From: the human T2T-CHM13v2.0 reference genome, Homo sapiens
Reading direction: 5' to 3' (one strand)
Length of the DNA: 64,000 bases
Assembly (NCBI RefSeq): GCF_009914755.1
Contig: NC_060936.1
Shown here: positions 43,621-64,000 of the stretch, one piece after another
Position numbering within the stretch: position 1 is the first letter of the stretch
How the letters are laid out: each line of letters opens with the position of its first letter
The notes under the pieces: model-generated
What the model saw: the letters and a program-made list of their open reading frames with translations, nothing else
Told to the model about the DNA's origin: nothing
Databases searched by the model: none
Made by a program: the position numbers and the translations under genes

Positions 43621-44169
43621 CACACCCAGAGCTGCCACTCAGGAAATTCCCAATATTAGCAAATCTTTCCTTAAAAAAGAGATGAACAATGCACAATTTG
43701 AGGGTTTTTAAAGGCTATTCTGTGACATTTGCTGCATTTGAAATGTCCAGCAGCCCCTCAAAGCTTAGGAAAACCGTGACCCCTCTGACATGTCTTAAGC
43801 AACGGACAGCATCACCAATATTAATTCAAGCTTCACTGTCCAGGCTTAAGTGGAGACTCGGCAAAAGCAGGAGGCCATTTAGTGGAAAAGTTCAAACCGT
43901 GGAAACAACAAATGAAAATGTCCTTTGTCTTGCTTGAGCGATTTGATCACCTACATGTGGTCGGTATGTAAAACCTAGGAGTTCGAAGAAATTCTTCAAA
44001 CATGCACTCTACCTTATTGTTTCTGTTACTTAAATCTGTTGTTTCTCTTGTTTGTTTTGGTCCTTATGGAGAAAGCAGAGGTAAATCGGCAGGGACTCTC
44101 TAGCAATATGCCAGCCACTCTTCCCTGACTTTGCCCTCTCCAACTCCACATATTGTTGCCTGCAACTTG

Positions 44170-44870
44170 GCTAGAATGCATAGTCCTCAAGCGTGTGGAG
44201 GACCCAGTGCTGGGATTTAGTGGTTTTAGCTGACTCTAAGCCCATCGTGAGTGTGTTGTGATGGCTCCCCAAAGAGCAAATGCTGGTGGAGGCTGCATTC
44301 ATAGAAATGCAATGACCACATCAAAGAATATGGTCGTGCTGCCTGACTTAGCAATGAGTAGAACATAATCCAGACTCTAGAAACTGTAGCTACTTTGAGA
44401 TCACAAAGAACTGGAAAATAGGAACAACCACAAGGCAGGCTCTCTCTGTCAGGCCTGGGTGTGCCATCACATGAAGAGAGGTTTGAAAAAACTTCACAGA
44501 ATGCCTGGAGATGAGGAGATGCAAGGGAGAGAAAGCTTTTTTCTACTCAACTTTTGAACATTCAAGAACTCTTGAGTAGAAAAGAGATAGATTTGTTCCT
44601 TGGTACTCTGCAGAGGATAGCAAGGATCAGTGGAGGAAATTTTGCTCAATATAGTTTATTCTTCCAAGAAATATCAAGTACCAACCCTATGTAAATTAAC
44701 AGTTGAGTGTGAAATGGGTTGCCTAGAAAAACAGTGCACTCTGTCATAGAAATATTCCAGCATAGACAGAGTGATTGCCAGGAATACCATAGAAAGAGGA
44801 TTCTTCCCCAGGGTGGGAAAATGGATGACATGGTCTCCAAAACCTCTTCTAGCTCTTTAGAGTCTGGGAG
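44170..44870 (+). mobile_element. CR1/L3 LINE 3' fragment
   Basis: Degenerate L3 motifs (ggctgcattcatagaa; gatagatttgttc; atggtctccaaaacctcttctagctct). Confidence 0.55.
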
Positions 44871-46160
44871 TCAGTGAACCCTCAAGAGTCTCAGGGATAT
44901 ATGCAGAGGGTCCAAGGAATTCTCTGGCAGAAATGAGTGTGACTTAAAATACATTTAGATAGAAGAAATAAGACCTAGTGTTTAATAAATCAGTAGAATG
45001 ACAATAGTAAACAATAATCTATTGTATATTTCAAAATAGCTAGTAGAGAATAATTTGAAGCCCTGACTTGATTATATATTATATAAATATAAATATACAT
45101 CTATTATATATCAATTAAAAAATGAATGTAACTTAAGTTCATTAAAAACATTATCACCTGTTCACAGAATGCAAACGGAATCCCTGCAAACCCTGCACTG
45201 CCATACTTTCTGCCCCAAAGACAGCCCCCAGGGCATAAAGATCAAGCTACTGGCAATTGCAGTAGAAATCCTAAAATCATAACAGGTAAATCTCAAAAGA
45301 CTTGTTTCCTTTCTGGATATTGAAGTACTCTATACACAGATGATGTGTATATATTAATATAAAATACTATGCAGTGCAGTAAGGCTGGCACCTCTGTGGA
45401 TCTGCCTTAACCTTGAGTCTTCGAACTCCTTGAAAACAAGGCTTCTGTTTTATTTATCTTTGAATCCTCCATGCTTAGCCCAGTAGCTGGCACACAGTTG
45501 ATGCTCTGGAATTTTTTGATGAATTAATCTATTTTAGATTTCTCTTCCCTCAGCAAATTTGTACCAAGTTTTCAACAGACAAGTCACTGTCCTTACCCCA
45601 AAAGGAATTTTTTAAAAATGCAGGATCACCATCTATGTCTCCAAAAGACTAACAATCAATATGAGACAAAAAATATATGCACCTAAGATAATTAAATGAC
45701 ACTAAAGCTCTTGACCAAGTGAAAAAATGGTTTCTTAGGCAAACACACGATTGAACGCTCGAGGAAAGAGAGGAAGGGGAAGGAGAACTCCGATCTGCAT
45801 GTAAGATGAAATGAGAATGGCCAAACTTTTGGTTTCAGTTCTCAAAGGAACATTCACTCTAGCTCTGAGCTGAGTTTATTAGTTATCTTCAATCCTTCAT
45901 GTAACAAGATACAAACGAAATATAAAAAGCAGTTTAATTCTTTTCCACATAGCTCACCACATATTTTGAGGATAAAAAGGTAGCATTTGCAAAGCTTTGA
46001 GCAAGGGTTAAGTTGTACTGTTGGAAGCCAGAGTTCATGCATAAAAAAAGAAAGGCACAAAATAGTCTTTAATAATCACAGAATTATCCAAGGGATGGCA
46101 AAGTTGGAATAAGTCACAAGAGATTTTTTTTTCAGTCTGTCAGTATTTTTGTAGAATTAA

Positions 46161-46752
<592 letters not shown>

Positions 46753-48741
46753 TAAAGGAAGGCAACACTCGATACAGAGTCTTGGCAGGAAAAATTTTTG
46801 TGTTCATTTTTGCCCAATGTTGCGATTTTACAAATCCCGTGTCCAGTTGATGGCCACAATTCTACCTGTTCTGTCTCCCAAATCTTTCCCAAGTTCATAC
46901 TTCTATCCCCACTGTCAGTGCCTTGGTTGAGGCTCTCATTCACTCTTATCTAGACACCCAAAATGCCTTCCTAGTTCCTCCAAATCGTGCTTCGTGATAT
47001 TGCCAGAGAAATGGTACCAGAATACAAATCTGATCTTCAGCCCAGGTTTAGCATAGCCACGCAGGCTCCAAGACTCTAACTTGGACTACGTGCCCCTTTA
47101 CAACCTAATCTACCTCCCTGGCCCTCCATCGGCAATGTCCAAGGACAGTGCTCAAAATTTCTGGAAAAAACAATGTTCTTTCATATTTATGTTCTTTGTG
47201 TGTCCTCCTCCATCTGCCCTTGACACTCCTGCCTGCTCTGCTCATTCTTCAGAGATGGTTCTACCCTGCTCAAGCGTGAAGGCTTCCTCAGCTCCTCCAG
47301 CTGACTTAGTCAACACCTGGAAACATGCTCTGGGAGCTGGTTGCAGAAGGCTGTATTAATACATCGATCACATGCATTGTCATGATCTACTTTCTTCTAT
47401 GTACCTCCTTTCCTGGATAAGGAGTTTTCTTTGAGGGCAGAGACCATGTCTGGTTTATCAGTGAAATTGTCTCAGCAAATGTTTATAGAAAGAAAGGAAG
47501 AGAAGGAAGAAGTGAAACTATGATCTTAAGCAGAGAAGTTACTGGTAATTTTTGTTTGCTTTTGTGCAGGATTTTTTCATATTGTCTGTATGTGTGTGTA
47601 TGTTAAAGTTAATGTTCCTACTTACCTCCCCCAGCCCTACTGAGAAGAGGTCACTATTACAGTTCATTTCTTCTAGATCTTTCAATATGCCTGTATAAAG
47701 ACATGCAAGCATTTTGTTTTCTGTTAAATAAATATAGAATTATATTACACACATGTTCTACTGTTTTTGCTCAATACATTATGGGCACATATAAAGATCT
47801 ATCTTATTTTTTAAATGGCTGCATTATATTTCATAAAACATATGTGTGCCATGAATTGTTAACTTCCCATTATGGACAAGTTCTGATTTTTCAATAGTTA
47901 TACTGCAAGAAATGTTAGCATGACTTTTCTTTAATCCTCTGAATACTTTCAAAGTTGTGGTGCCATCATCATTTATATGGTGTCTGCAAGAGCCTGCCAG
48001 TGGAGTGATTTGCAGAAGCTGTCATAATATTTGCATTGGTTCCTGTTCTGCCCTTGTTTCTTGTATTCTTGATTCCTCTGGCTCTTGGCTAAAGCTAGAA
48101 GCCGAAAAGGGACTTGCAAAGGACACAGAGCAAGCGGTTTCAGCTGTACTCTGCTAATGTAACAGGGAATGTAAGTGTCCTGAGACCCCTCTGAGACTCA
48201 CCTTCCACTTATAGAAATTACTGCTTACACTAGATTCCATAAATGTGTGCAAGGTTTTTTTTGTCTTGCAGTAAGTCAATTATTAATAGAACTGTGCTGT
48301 GAATGAAGAAGATGCAAACATGGCCAAATGAGAGTTAGAGGAAGTGTTTCTACCAATTGTTCCCCTTTTCTTTTTCTATAGGCATTAAACTATCTAAGTA
48401 GCCCATGAATACGCCCATCCTGTAAGGGGATATTATGTTTGTGGCAAAAGCATGAGGTTTACTTTCCAGTTAAGTAGGGGAAATGGTTTTTTTCCCCTTT
48501 GGTTGTCTAAACTGCTAATCACCTGATTATCTCTTCCTCCTTCCCTGGCTTCTGTCTGACCTCCTGACCTCATGTGACCATCAGAAGGGAAGCAAGGGAG
48601 AAGCAGGGACCCTGCTCCTGCTTTTAGGCCTGTTGCCTTCTTTTCTTCAAACCTGCCTGCTTTCTTCTGTCCCTGAGTGTGTGGGCCATTACTTAGATTT
48701 GACTCCTCCTGCCAATTTATTTTTTACTTTCCCTCATGCAG

Positions 48742-48835
48742 GACTCAAATGGATGCTAAAAAGCCAAGGAAATGTGATTTGACTCCCTTCCTGGTTTTGA
48801 AAGCAAGAAAGAAACAAAAGTTCACCTCTGCGAAG
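48742..48835 (+). CDS. DYRK4: DYRK4 exon 2, TQMDAKKPRKCDLTPFLVLKARKKQKFTSAK (bipartite NLS-like)
   Basis: Long pyrimidine tract plus GCAG acceptor, AAG|GTAAAG donor. 94 nt; cumulative 132 nt, phase 0. Confidence 0.9.
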
Positions 48836-49070
48836 GTAAAGATCCTTGAATTTTCACTGGGGAAGAGAGGTATCATTGCGAGGTCCTAGGGACTCAGGAC
48901 CCAGTGCTGATGGTTGTGCCCCAAGCACCTCTGGGTACAGCGCAAAGGCAAAGGTGTGGAGGATCATGCTGATTGGCAGGGCCAAATCTGGGTGGGTGTG
49001 GAGGGAAAATCAGCAGAAGGGCAAGGCCTTAATCTAACAGGTAAGCTGTATTCCAGAAGGCCCTGGGTGA

Positions 49071-49551
<481 letters not shown>

Positions 49552-50368
49552 TGAAGTTAAAATTGTGATGGGATGACTTTGTGATAACCATCTATGGGAT
49601 CAACTTCCAAATCAGGTGTATTTTAAAAATCTAACACCACTCAGTTTGAATTTCTTAGTTTGTTCAAAAGATCATATTGTTTGGGGTCTTTGTCCTGAAA
49701 GTTTCACAGCAAACTTCAGCCCAAAGCATTCAGGTTTGACTTCTGAATCCTGCCTGCATCACTGTTTGGCAGAACTGGAGTTCAGCAGCCTAACCCAAGG
49801 CCTAGCAAAAATCGTCCTCCTATAAATCACATATATTTACTTAAAATTATGACTTTAGGTTTCCTCTTCCAAGCGCTGTTCCTGATTTAACTCTAGTGTT
49901 GTCCCCCTTGGGATTATAACTCATACAAATGGACCCTAATACAAAGTCCTTTGCTCCACCCCACTACCCGTGCCACTACCACGTATAACAAAACACGTTT
50001 ATTTTGCAATTTATAGGTGCAATTTTTAATACCTAAAACAAACTTATTTTGATAAAATAAAAATTACTGTAAAATATTTGAAATAATAAATCTCCAGCAA
50101 AACATGCTAATATAATAAAGATGGCATTCTTTTCAAATGTTAAACTATGATGCAAACAGAACAGTATTGGTTATGATTTTATTTTAGCAAAATCATCATG
50201 AGGTTTGCAACTTGCACTTTTTTAAGCTACTTGAGCACACATTTATTGAGTGCCGAGGTGACTCACACATGCGCCTTAGCAGCAAGTGCTATTATTATCC
50301 CCAATTTTACAGAGGGGGAAATTAATATACAAGCAAGGCCAATTAGCCCAGGGTCATAATGCCAGTGA

Positions 50369-50560
<192 letters not shown>

Positions 50561-50694
50561 TAACCACTCTCTTCCACGCCTCTCTGTTGCATGAGGATAG
50601 CTCTGTTAAGGGTTGTTCCGTAAAGTTCCTTATACATTTTGATTAATTTCAAAGAAAGCAAACTCTGTTGCAGTTACGATGACGGGAATTGTCA

Positions 50695-51051
<357 letters not shown>

Positions 51052-52223
51052 GTCACATTCAAAATTGATTTGATTATGTCGTATTTTATAGTAATTACTG
51101 GCAAATTCACAATGACATTTAAAAATACTCTTGAAACTTAAAACTACTGTGTTTGTATTGCTAGTTGTTCTGATGGGTCTTAAATAAATGTCTTTTCAAC
51201 GTCGATTGGCTTTCCTCAATGGACTTCTCATCCAGTTGAATTTAATAGGTTTAAGTAAGGAAATGCAAACAACTCAGTAACTGGCTTCTGCACGTGAAGT
51301 ATTGGGTTTCAGTGGACAGTTGTGATACTAATTGGAGAAAGAAAATGAATTGTATGACTTATAATCCCTTCATCTAAAAAAACACTTAAGAAGAGGGAGC
51401 TGTGGATCTCACCATGTCTACTGCCCCAAGCAGGTGTTGAGAGGACAACTTATTTAAATAAATTAATAATTATTTATGTTTTTCACAATATTTAAAATTA
51501 TAGATTATAAGTGTGATATAACAATCAAGTATTCACATATTTTAATTTGGATTTTGGTAACATTTCAGCCAAGGGAAAGTTTAAAATGTGATTTCACTGG
51601 GCTTTAAGACAATAGTGTGGCGCTCTCTCTAGTAATCTGGAGTTCTTTTCAGAATGCCCTATTCATTTGGCTAACACAGGGTAAAACCTTGATGCCAGTG
51701 GAGCTTCCCTGTCCTTTCTGCTTAGCTGGCAAGGATCAGAGGACTCTCAGGAAAATGCTGTGTGTTGTATTTGTCGTAACTGCCGGCAGGGGAAACAGAG
51801 GCCCTTTGGTCCTCAGTCATCTCAAGCAGTAGGCTGGAGGACATCTGGCTTTTCTGCATCTCAGCATTGCCTCAGCTGGTTTCTGGGACTCGAGGAGCTA
51901 GCTGAGCTCCAGGATCACAGCTTAGGCTATGCCAGGAAGAGAACCTGGGAGAGAGTCCTAGGGAGGGAAGCTGTTAATTTAGGATATTACATTACGATCT
52001 CCCCGACAACTACAAGATGCTACAAAGCACATCCAGAATCATACTGAAGACACATTTCTATTTCAGCACCAGAAGCACAGCTACTTTTTCTCTGTTAATT
52101 TCTTAGATCCTTTCAATCATTCATTTGCTGAATGCCACCTCCTTAGAGAGGCGTTCCTTCCCCACCATTTCTAATTACACATCTGTTTGTTTACTTGTTT
52201 ATTGTCTGTCTTGCCCTCCAGAA

Positions 52224-52629
52224 CTGTGCTGTCCAATATGGTGGCCCTTGGCATGTATCCTACTGGGGGTGTGCTGTGAGTGTCAGATACACACCAGAGT
52301 CCAAAGACTCGGTGTGAAAACAATAAATGTAAAATGATGTATTAGTAATTTTTATAGTTGGGTTTATATTTTGTCGTATTTTATTGTATTTTATTTTATT
52401 TATATCGTATTGTAGTTTATATTTTATCGTATGCCAATTAATACCTCAATAAAGTTGTAAAATAATTTTATATGTTTATATGTTAAAATAGTATTTTGAA
52501 TATAATGTGTTAAATAAAACATATTATTAAAATTAATTTCATCTATTTCTTTTTACCTCTTTAATGTGGCTACCAGAAAATTTAAAATTATACTCATGAC
52601 TCACATAATGTTTCTATTGGACAGTGCTG
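52224..52629. mobile_element. MER33-type hAT element inserted in an L2 3' end
   Basis: ctgtgctgtccaata...tattggacagtgctg termini; TSD ctccagaa/ctctagaa. Confidence 0.75.
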
Positions 52630-53059
52630 CTCTAGAATGGACACTGCACAATGGCAAAGGTTTTACTGGACTGGCTCAGTGCCAACTCCCCAGAACTTAG
52701 GTCAGTGCCTCCCACAGACTAGCACTTGATGTGTGCTTGTGGAATAAAAACTAGGAGTGTGTTTATTCATTTATTTCCTCTACAAGTATGTGCTGTCTAC
52801 TCATCTCAGACATTGTTCTAGGGACTAGGGATGCAGTGGAGAACAAAACAGGCCGTAAAACTCTCATAAAGCTTAAAATTGGGATTCTTTGTAGGAAGAC
52901 CAGATGTTTTGACTAAATGCTGAGAATGGTAATGACTCACCTTCATTTTCACTGGCAGTTAAAGAGTTGGAACTGAATAGACCAGTGGTTTCTTAGCCTG
53001 GGTTGTATATTGGGAACACCCAGGGAAGTTTTAAAGACTACTGAAATCAGAATCTTTAG

Positions 53060-53381
<322 letters not shown>

Positions 53382-54116
53382 TATGGACATGTTTTAAAAA
53401 GTTCTTTTCTATCATGTGGGGACAGGTGTCCATTTCATCACCAGGTGTGAGACCTCAGGTCATTAAATCTCTGACATTTTGCTGTTTGTGAAACTGGAAT
53501 AATTATTCCTACATCCCCTGATTGCAGGGGTATTAAGGGAGGTAAGAGAATGTGAGCTCTCCGGCTGGCACATGTTGGAAGCCCGATAAGTATTGGTTGC
53601 TTTTATCTTCCCTCTGTCTCTCCATTTAACAGAAAGGGGCTTCCTGCAAGAGACGGGCTTATCAGTGAGTGTCACACAGTGGAAGAGGATATCCGACGGT
53701 CATTCATTGTCTCATTTCCATGTCTCATCAGCACTTCCTATACGAAAAGCAGGAACAAAACAAAATCCTGATCCGACCATTTGGTGTTGGGCAAAGGAAT
53801 GGAAATCAGTTCAAGCTGAAGAGACAGCAAACAGCAGAGATGTGAATTGCTAGTTCTGTCTAGGTTTTTAGGTTGGCACACTATTATTTATGGTAATGCA
53901 TTCACCTGTTAAATGCAAATGGAAGACTCGAACTAGAAGAACTTGTAATGATCATTGCAAGTTAACATTAAAACGTTTAAAATATAATCGTAAGCAGCCA
54001 ATCTAGAATCAGTGGCTCAATGAAGATAGGCATTTACTTCTATATAATGTCTACATTTGGAATGGATTTGGGGTCCTGAAGGAGAGTTTTACATAGTTTT
54101 CCCCATTCTTTCCTAG

Positions 54117-54143
54117 GGCCCCACTCTTTCTGAGATCTACATG
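54117..54143 (+). CDS. DYRK4: DYRK4 27-nt alternative microexon, GPTLSEIYM
   Basis: TTTTCCCCATTCTTTCCTAG acceptor and ATG|GTAAGT donor. Phase 0-0, no stop codon. Confidence 0.7.
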
Positions 54144-54730
54144 GTAAGTACCAGTTCCTTTGTTCTGCGTGTTCATTGGTGCTTTAATTTCCAATCAAAG
54201 AAAGGAGAACAAAGATTTGAAATTACCTTTGGTTTCTGTCAAAGGAATGTGAAGTGAGCAGGAATTGGCGGGTGGGGGCATGTCTCTGAGTACAAGAATT
54301 AATCAGAGCAATAGTCACTTCTATTGAAAGCTTCTTCAGGCCATGACAAATAGAGTATCAGTTCGACGTTGAAGGTGGGGATAAGGAGATATTCGGAATG
54401 CAATCCCTGCCCTCCCGGTGTGTGTTATAGCAGTGTTTGTTTGCTTCTTTCAACAGTGTTGAGGGGGTCATTACCTCCATTTTACAGAGGAGGAAACTGA
54501 GATCCAAAGAGATTTATGTAGCCAGGCACCTGAAGTCATTCTGGGAATAAAAGCTGAAATCAGGATTCAGATTTTATTCTGTAATTCATGAATGCTTTTC
54601 AAGAAATAATTTTTATTATTGTGTTGAGTATATATAAAATAATATTAAAGAAATATGTGTAAGGTATAAAGAATGATACAATGATCACCCTTGTGTGTAC
54701 CCAACACAAGGTTTTAAGAAAGCAGTCCCA

Positions 54731-59480
<4,750 letters not shown>

Positions 59481-59781
59481 TTAACTTTTTACTAGTCTTG
59501 TTTTGTGGAAAAGCCTGAGTCTGAGAGAGTATGAATGGTTTGCCAAGGCCACACAGCCAGCGAGTGGCAGCATAGGAATGCCAGTCAAAATCTGTCTGAC
59601 TCTGAGGTCTGTGTACTTTTCTCTATCCTGTGAGGCCTAATGACCCTTGACTGATGAACTCTTTTACAAATCATCCCATACGTGATTATTGAGAGCCAAG
59701 CATTGTTTTTGGTGCTGGGATACAAAAATAGACATGCACATCTCCTTCTTTCACAGTCTAGTGTGACATAAACTGCAAATG

Positions 59782-60158
<377 letters not shown>

Positions 60159-62602
60159 TCATGCAGGTAGAAACAGTTCTCTGAGAGTCTAGACAAAGTT
60201 TTCTTAAGCCATTGGCTAATGCCCAGCGTACCATTTCATGCTTCACTGACATGCCGGTCACTTTAGTACTGTCACATGGCATGAGTTACAGGGCTCTTTA
60301 TTCATATTTTCATCTAAATGAATCACTCCCCCTGGAGTTAAGCAAGGAGGCTGCATGTGGACTGGAGGGAGGGCATTTCAGGCAGAAGAAATAACATATA
60401 CAAAAGCATGCAAAGGCATTCTATCTAAATCGATAGAAATAGAGCCTTAGAAATTATCTACTCAAACCCTCCTACATGATGCATAAATCCACTTTATATT
60501 ATAGGAAATTTAGTGTCTAATTTATAGAATAAATGCTTGCTTTCTGAATGTCTCTATTGTCAGCTGAATTCAGGCACTATCAGAATAAAAGCATGATCTT
60601 ACTTTTAATTAGCGACCTTTGGAGGGGAAGTTCTTTATAATCCCTTGTCACCCGGTTTCCTGGCAGAACACAAAGAGGTCAGAGGAGATCACTGGGTGGC
60701 AGCATGAGACAGTAAAATGACGCTAGAGGGCTTACGTTCTAGACGGGCTTGCTGCTGTTAATTGTGTTATCTTGGACAAGTCACTTGGATAATGTTTGCC
60801 TCCCTTTCTCCATCTGTAAAATGAGGGCATTATACTACACATGCCCTAAGGTCACATTCATTATCATGATTTACCAAGGTGCATTTAACAGAAGTCCAGA
60901 AAACAAAGTATCTCCCCAAGGCCCTGCACTGAATGCATTAGAAATTGACTCCAGCTATCTGGACCCCCAGGCTCTTGCCCTTCCTCAAGGATGGCAGGGC
61001 CTCCTCTTTCCACCTCTACTAGGGACAGAGCTGGTGGGTAGGACCCCAGGGAGGCTACTACATCAACGAGATGAAAATCTGGTCCTCCCAAGAGGCTGGC
61101 CACGTTCGTCCCACTAATGGGTCTCAGGGGTGCAGCTGTGGCTGTTGGTGTGATTTGGAGGCGGCTCCTCCCCATCTAGGCATCCTGGGCTCCCTCATGC
61201 ACAGCAAAGGGACTTAAAGGGCAGACCCTTAGCTTCAAATGGCAGTGGGAGAGATGCTGTGATTTGTTCAAGGTCTGTAGCAGCCAGGGTAGCTTAATCC
61301 CTTAGCTGGGGACCCTTAGGAGCCCAGCCACCTCCCTCCCTCCCAGTTCTTTGTGATGCTCTGCTGAGCCTAATTGTCTAACTAGTTGCATTCTGCAGAA
61401 AATCCCCAAAGAGTTTGTTTCTTTCTCCTGGTCACACCCCCTCCCTGCATGAATGCATTTATTTTTAACTCCTGGTAGTTCTGGCCTCTGGGAAGGGATG
61501 ACAGAGCCTGTAAGGAAGAAGTTGTGAGCTGATATCACAGAAGCTGAGCTTCATTTGCCCATCCAACCACCAGGCACTTAGGGATTTTTTTTTTTTTAAA
61601 TGGGAAACAGGAAGAGACAAGGAGGAGTCAGCTGAGAAAACAGGAAAATCGCCTGTGAAGTATGACTGAGGCGGGATGGTGTGATGGAGGTGTGCCTTTC
61701 CGAAAAGGCTGGGTGGCCTGAGGCCTGCAGAGAGTCCAGTTGCTATCTTCCCTGAACAGTCCAGGTGAGGACATCCAGCGTTCGGTCCAAGGTAATAAGA
61801 TGAGCCAGTGCTTCTAGAGTTCTGCTCTAACTAGCCCTAAATAGGGACCAGTCCTATTATCCTTTGGGTCTTGGTGTGAGAGGGCAGGACATAATACTCC
61901 CCTGTGGTCCTTGGGTAAACTGAGCTTGATACCCAAGGTGAGAGAGCCTGTGCTTGCTGGGGGTCAGGGCCTGACATGATGAGAATACAGAATAGAGGGG
62001 AAGGCAGAGCACCTAGGGACAAGACACTGAAGTGGGACATGGGACTGGGAATTCCACCCCTCAGGGTACCTCTTTCATCCACTCTGACACAGAGATTACA
62101 TAGTCAGGTCAGTGCGGTTTGTAATGGGAACAGGCTTCTGCCAGACAGGTTCTTCTTTCCTACCATGAACCATCTCTTGTTTCCTTTGAGTAGCAATTCA
62201 TTTATTTGGAAGAAAGCGCTTCCTTTTCCAGGCATTCTCTTTGAAATTGCAGCTGCCTTTGAGAGGGGGCATGAGCAGAGAAGATTCTCTTGTGTGAATT
62301 CGCTGATTAGAGGCTTTCCTTCCAAAAGAAGGGCCGGGGAGCATGGGAGCACTTTCCTGGTGGGAATAGAAGCCACTAAGAACGAGGAATGAGGCTAGAA
62401 CAGGGCAAGGATGGACTGACCACCAGGAGAGGGAAGGACTGAAGTCAAAGCTCAGTTGTCTCCCTGGACAGCCTAGAGTTGTCTCAGATCTTTCAGGACA
62501 AGTGCTGGGTCCTGAAACATCCTGCTCCCTCCCTGCCTCTCTCCTGTCCTTCCCTCTCACCTTCTTTTCCTCCTCCTTTAGCAAATATTTAAGTGCCTAC
62601 TA

Positions 62603-62891
62603 CAGGTTGAGCATCTCTTATCCGAAATTCTTGGGACCAAAAGTGTTTTGAGTTTCAGATTTTTTTAGATTTAAGCATATTTGCATATACATAATGAGAT
62701 ATTTTGGGGATGGGACCCAATTCTAAACACAAAATTCATTTATGTTGCATATACACTTTATGCATGTGGCCTGAGGCACCTTTATACAGTATTTTAAATA
62801 ACTTTGTGCATGAAACAAAGTTTGTGCACGTGAGTGGTGTCATTGTCGGCACTCAAAAGTGGAGCATTTCAGGCTAGGGATGCTCTATCTG
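62603..62891. mobile_element. Tigger4-type MITE
   Basis: TA-caggttgagcatc...gggatgctctatctg-TA. Confidence 0.75.
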
Positions 62892-62948
62892 TAATGCTTA
62901 TCATGTTAGGCTTTGAGATAAGACCCAGGTCTTTTATTAAAGAGTCTT

Positions 62949-63275
<327 letters not shown>

Positions 63276-63921
63276 GAGTCTTATATACCAGAAGAAGAAA
63301 CCAGTAAAACAACCTTGTCTAACAAGCCTTTGCAGGTGCTGTAATAGAGTACAGAGCACAGGGTAGCGAGTGGCTTACAAATATTAATACAAGAGGGAGT
63401 GGTCACAGAGGCTTCCTGGAGAAAGTGCTGCTATGGCTGGGGCCCAAATGCGGGTGAACGATGGGGACATGGACTGGATGACATGGCGGTGGGGTGGGTG
63501 ATGGGAGAACATTCCGAGCAGAAACAGAGCAGGAGTGAAAGTGCTGAGATGTGGAACAGTGCGGTGTTTGAAAATGGCAAGACTTGCAGTGGCAGGAGCC
63601 AAAAGGCAGGGGTAGGGCCATGACAAGGGTTGAGGCTGGGGGCGCTTTGTGAGCCAGGACTTCTGCTCCCTGGTAAGTTGCTAGGAGATGGAGGCAACTT
63701 ACTAATGTGATCAGATGCTCATGTTTAATTTCTGAGGCCACTCAGGAGGAAGGGTAGAGGATGGGATGGAATGCGGAGAGGCAGGAAAACTGCTTAGGAG
63801 ACCATTGCAATAGGTGCCTGAACTAGGGATGTGGTGGGCAAAGAATGGTGAAGGGGTATCTTTATTCTCACATAATTATGCCACTCACAGTAAGAAATCG
63901 TAACAATTTGAAGTTTGAAAA

Positions 63922-64000
63922 AGAGACAGAGTCTTGCTCCATGACCGAGGCTAGAGTGCAGTGGCACCATCTCAGCTCACTGCAACCTCCACCTCCCAGG
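63922..64000 (-). mobile_element. Alu (partial, runs off the window)
   Basis: gagacagagtcttgctc...gctcactgcaacctcc. Confidence 0.85.

Noticed and set aside
42734-43711. ORFs of 110-152 aa over the DYRK4 CpG island
   Set aside because: GC-rich chance ORFs. The supported coding segment is only 43033-43070.
61976-62584. Overlapping 90-138 aa ORFs in DYRK4 intron 2
   Set aside because: No splice-compatible boundaries or recognisable domains identified.

Overview
Human genomic DNA, recognised from the encoded proteins as the chr12p13.32 FERRY3 (C12orf4) / RAD51AP1 / DYRK4 locus. (1) FERRY3/C12orf4 is on the minus strand: a non-coding exon 1 near 19196-19260 and five coding exons (16804-16981, 14944-15089, 10656-10837, 6273-6372, 6043-6164; 728 nt, frame-consistent). 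The gene continues past position 1. (2) RAD51AP1 is complete on the plus strand, head-to-head with FERRY3 across a ~450-bp CpG-rich promoter. Nine constitutive coding exons sum to 1008 nt (335 aa), and a 51-nt cassette exon gives the 352-aa form. The 3'UTR ends near 40835. (3) The 5' end of the long DYRK4 isoform is on the plus strand: CpG-island exon 1 (ATG 43033), the basic NLS-like exon 48742-48835, and a 27-nt in-frame microexon at 54117-54143. The rest is intronic and rich in Alu, L1, L2, MIR, CR1, LTR and DNA-transposon relics. Almost all ORFs in the supplied track are repeat-derived or chance ORFs. I found no convincing new multi-gene system. The best leads are splicing and evolution observations: phase logic of RAD51AP1-DYRK4 read-through, an L2-derived RAD51AP1 cassette exon, an inverted Alu pair bracketing the DYRK4 microexon, and a possible stop-disabled alternative first exon of DYRK4 near 61.7 kb. 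Repeat subfamily names are from memory of consensus sequences and should be confirmed with RepeatMasker/Dfam.
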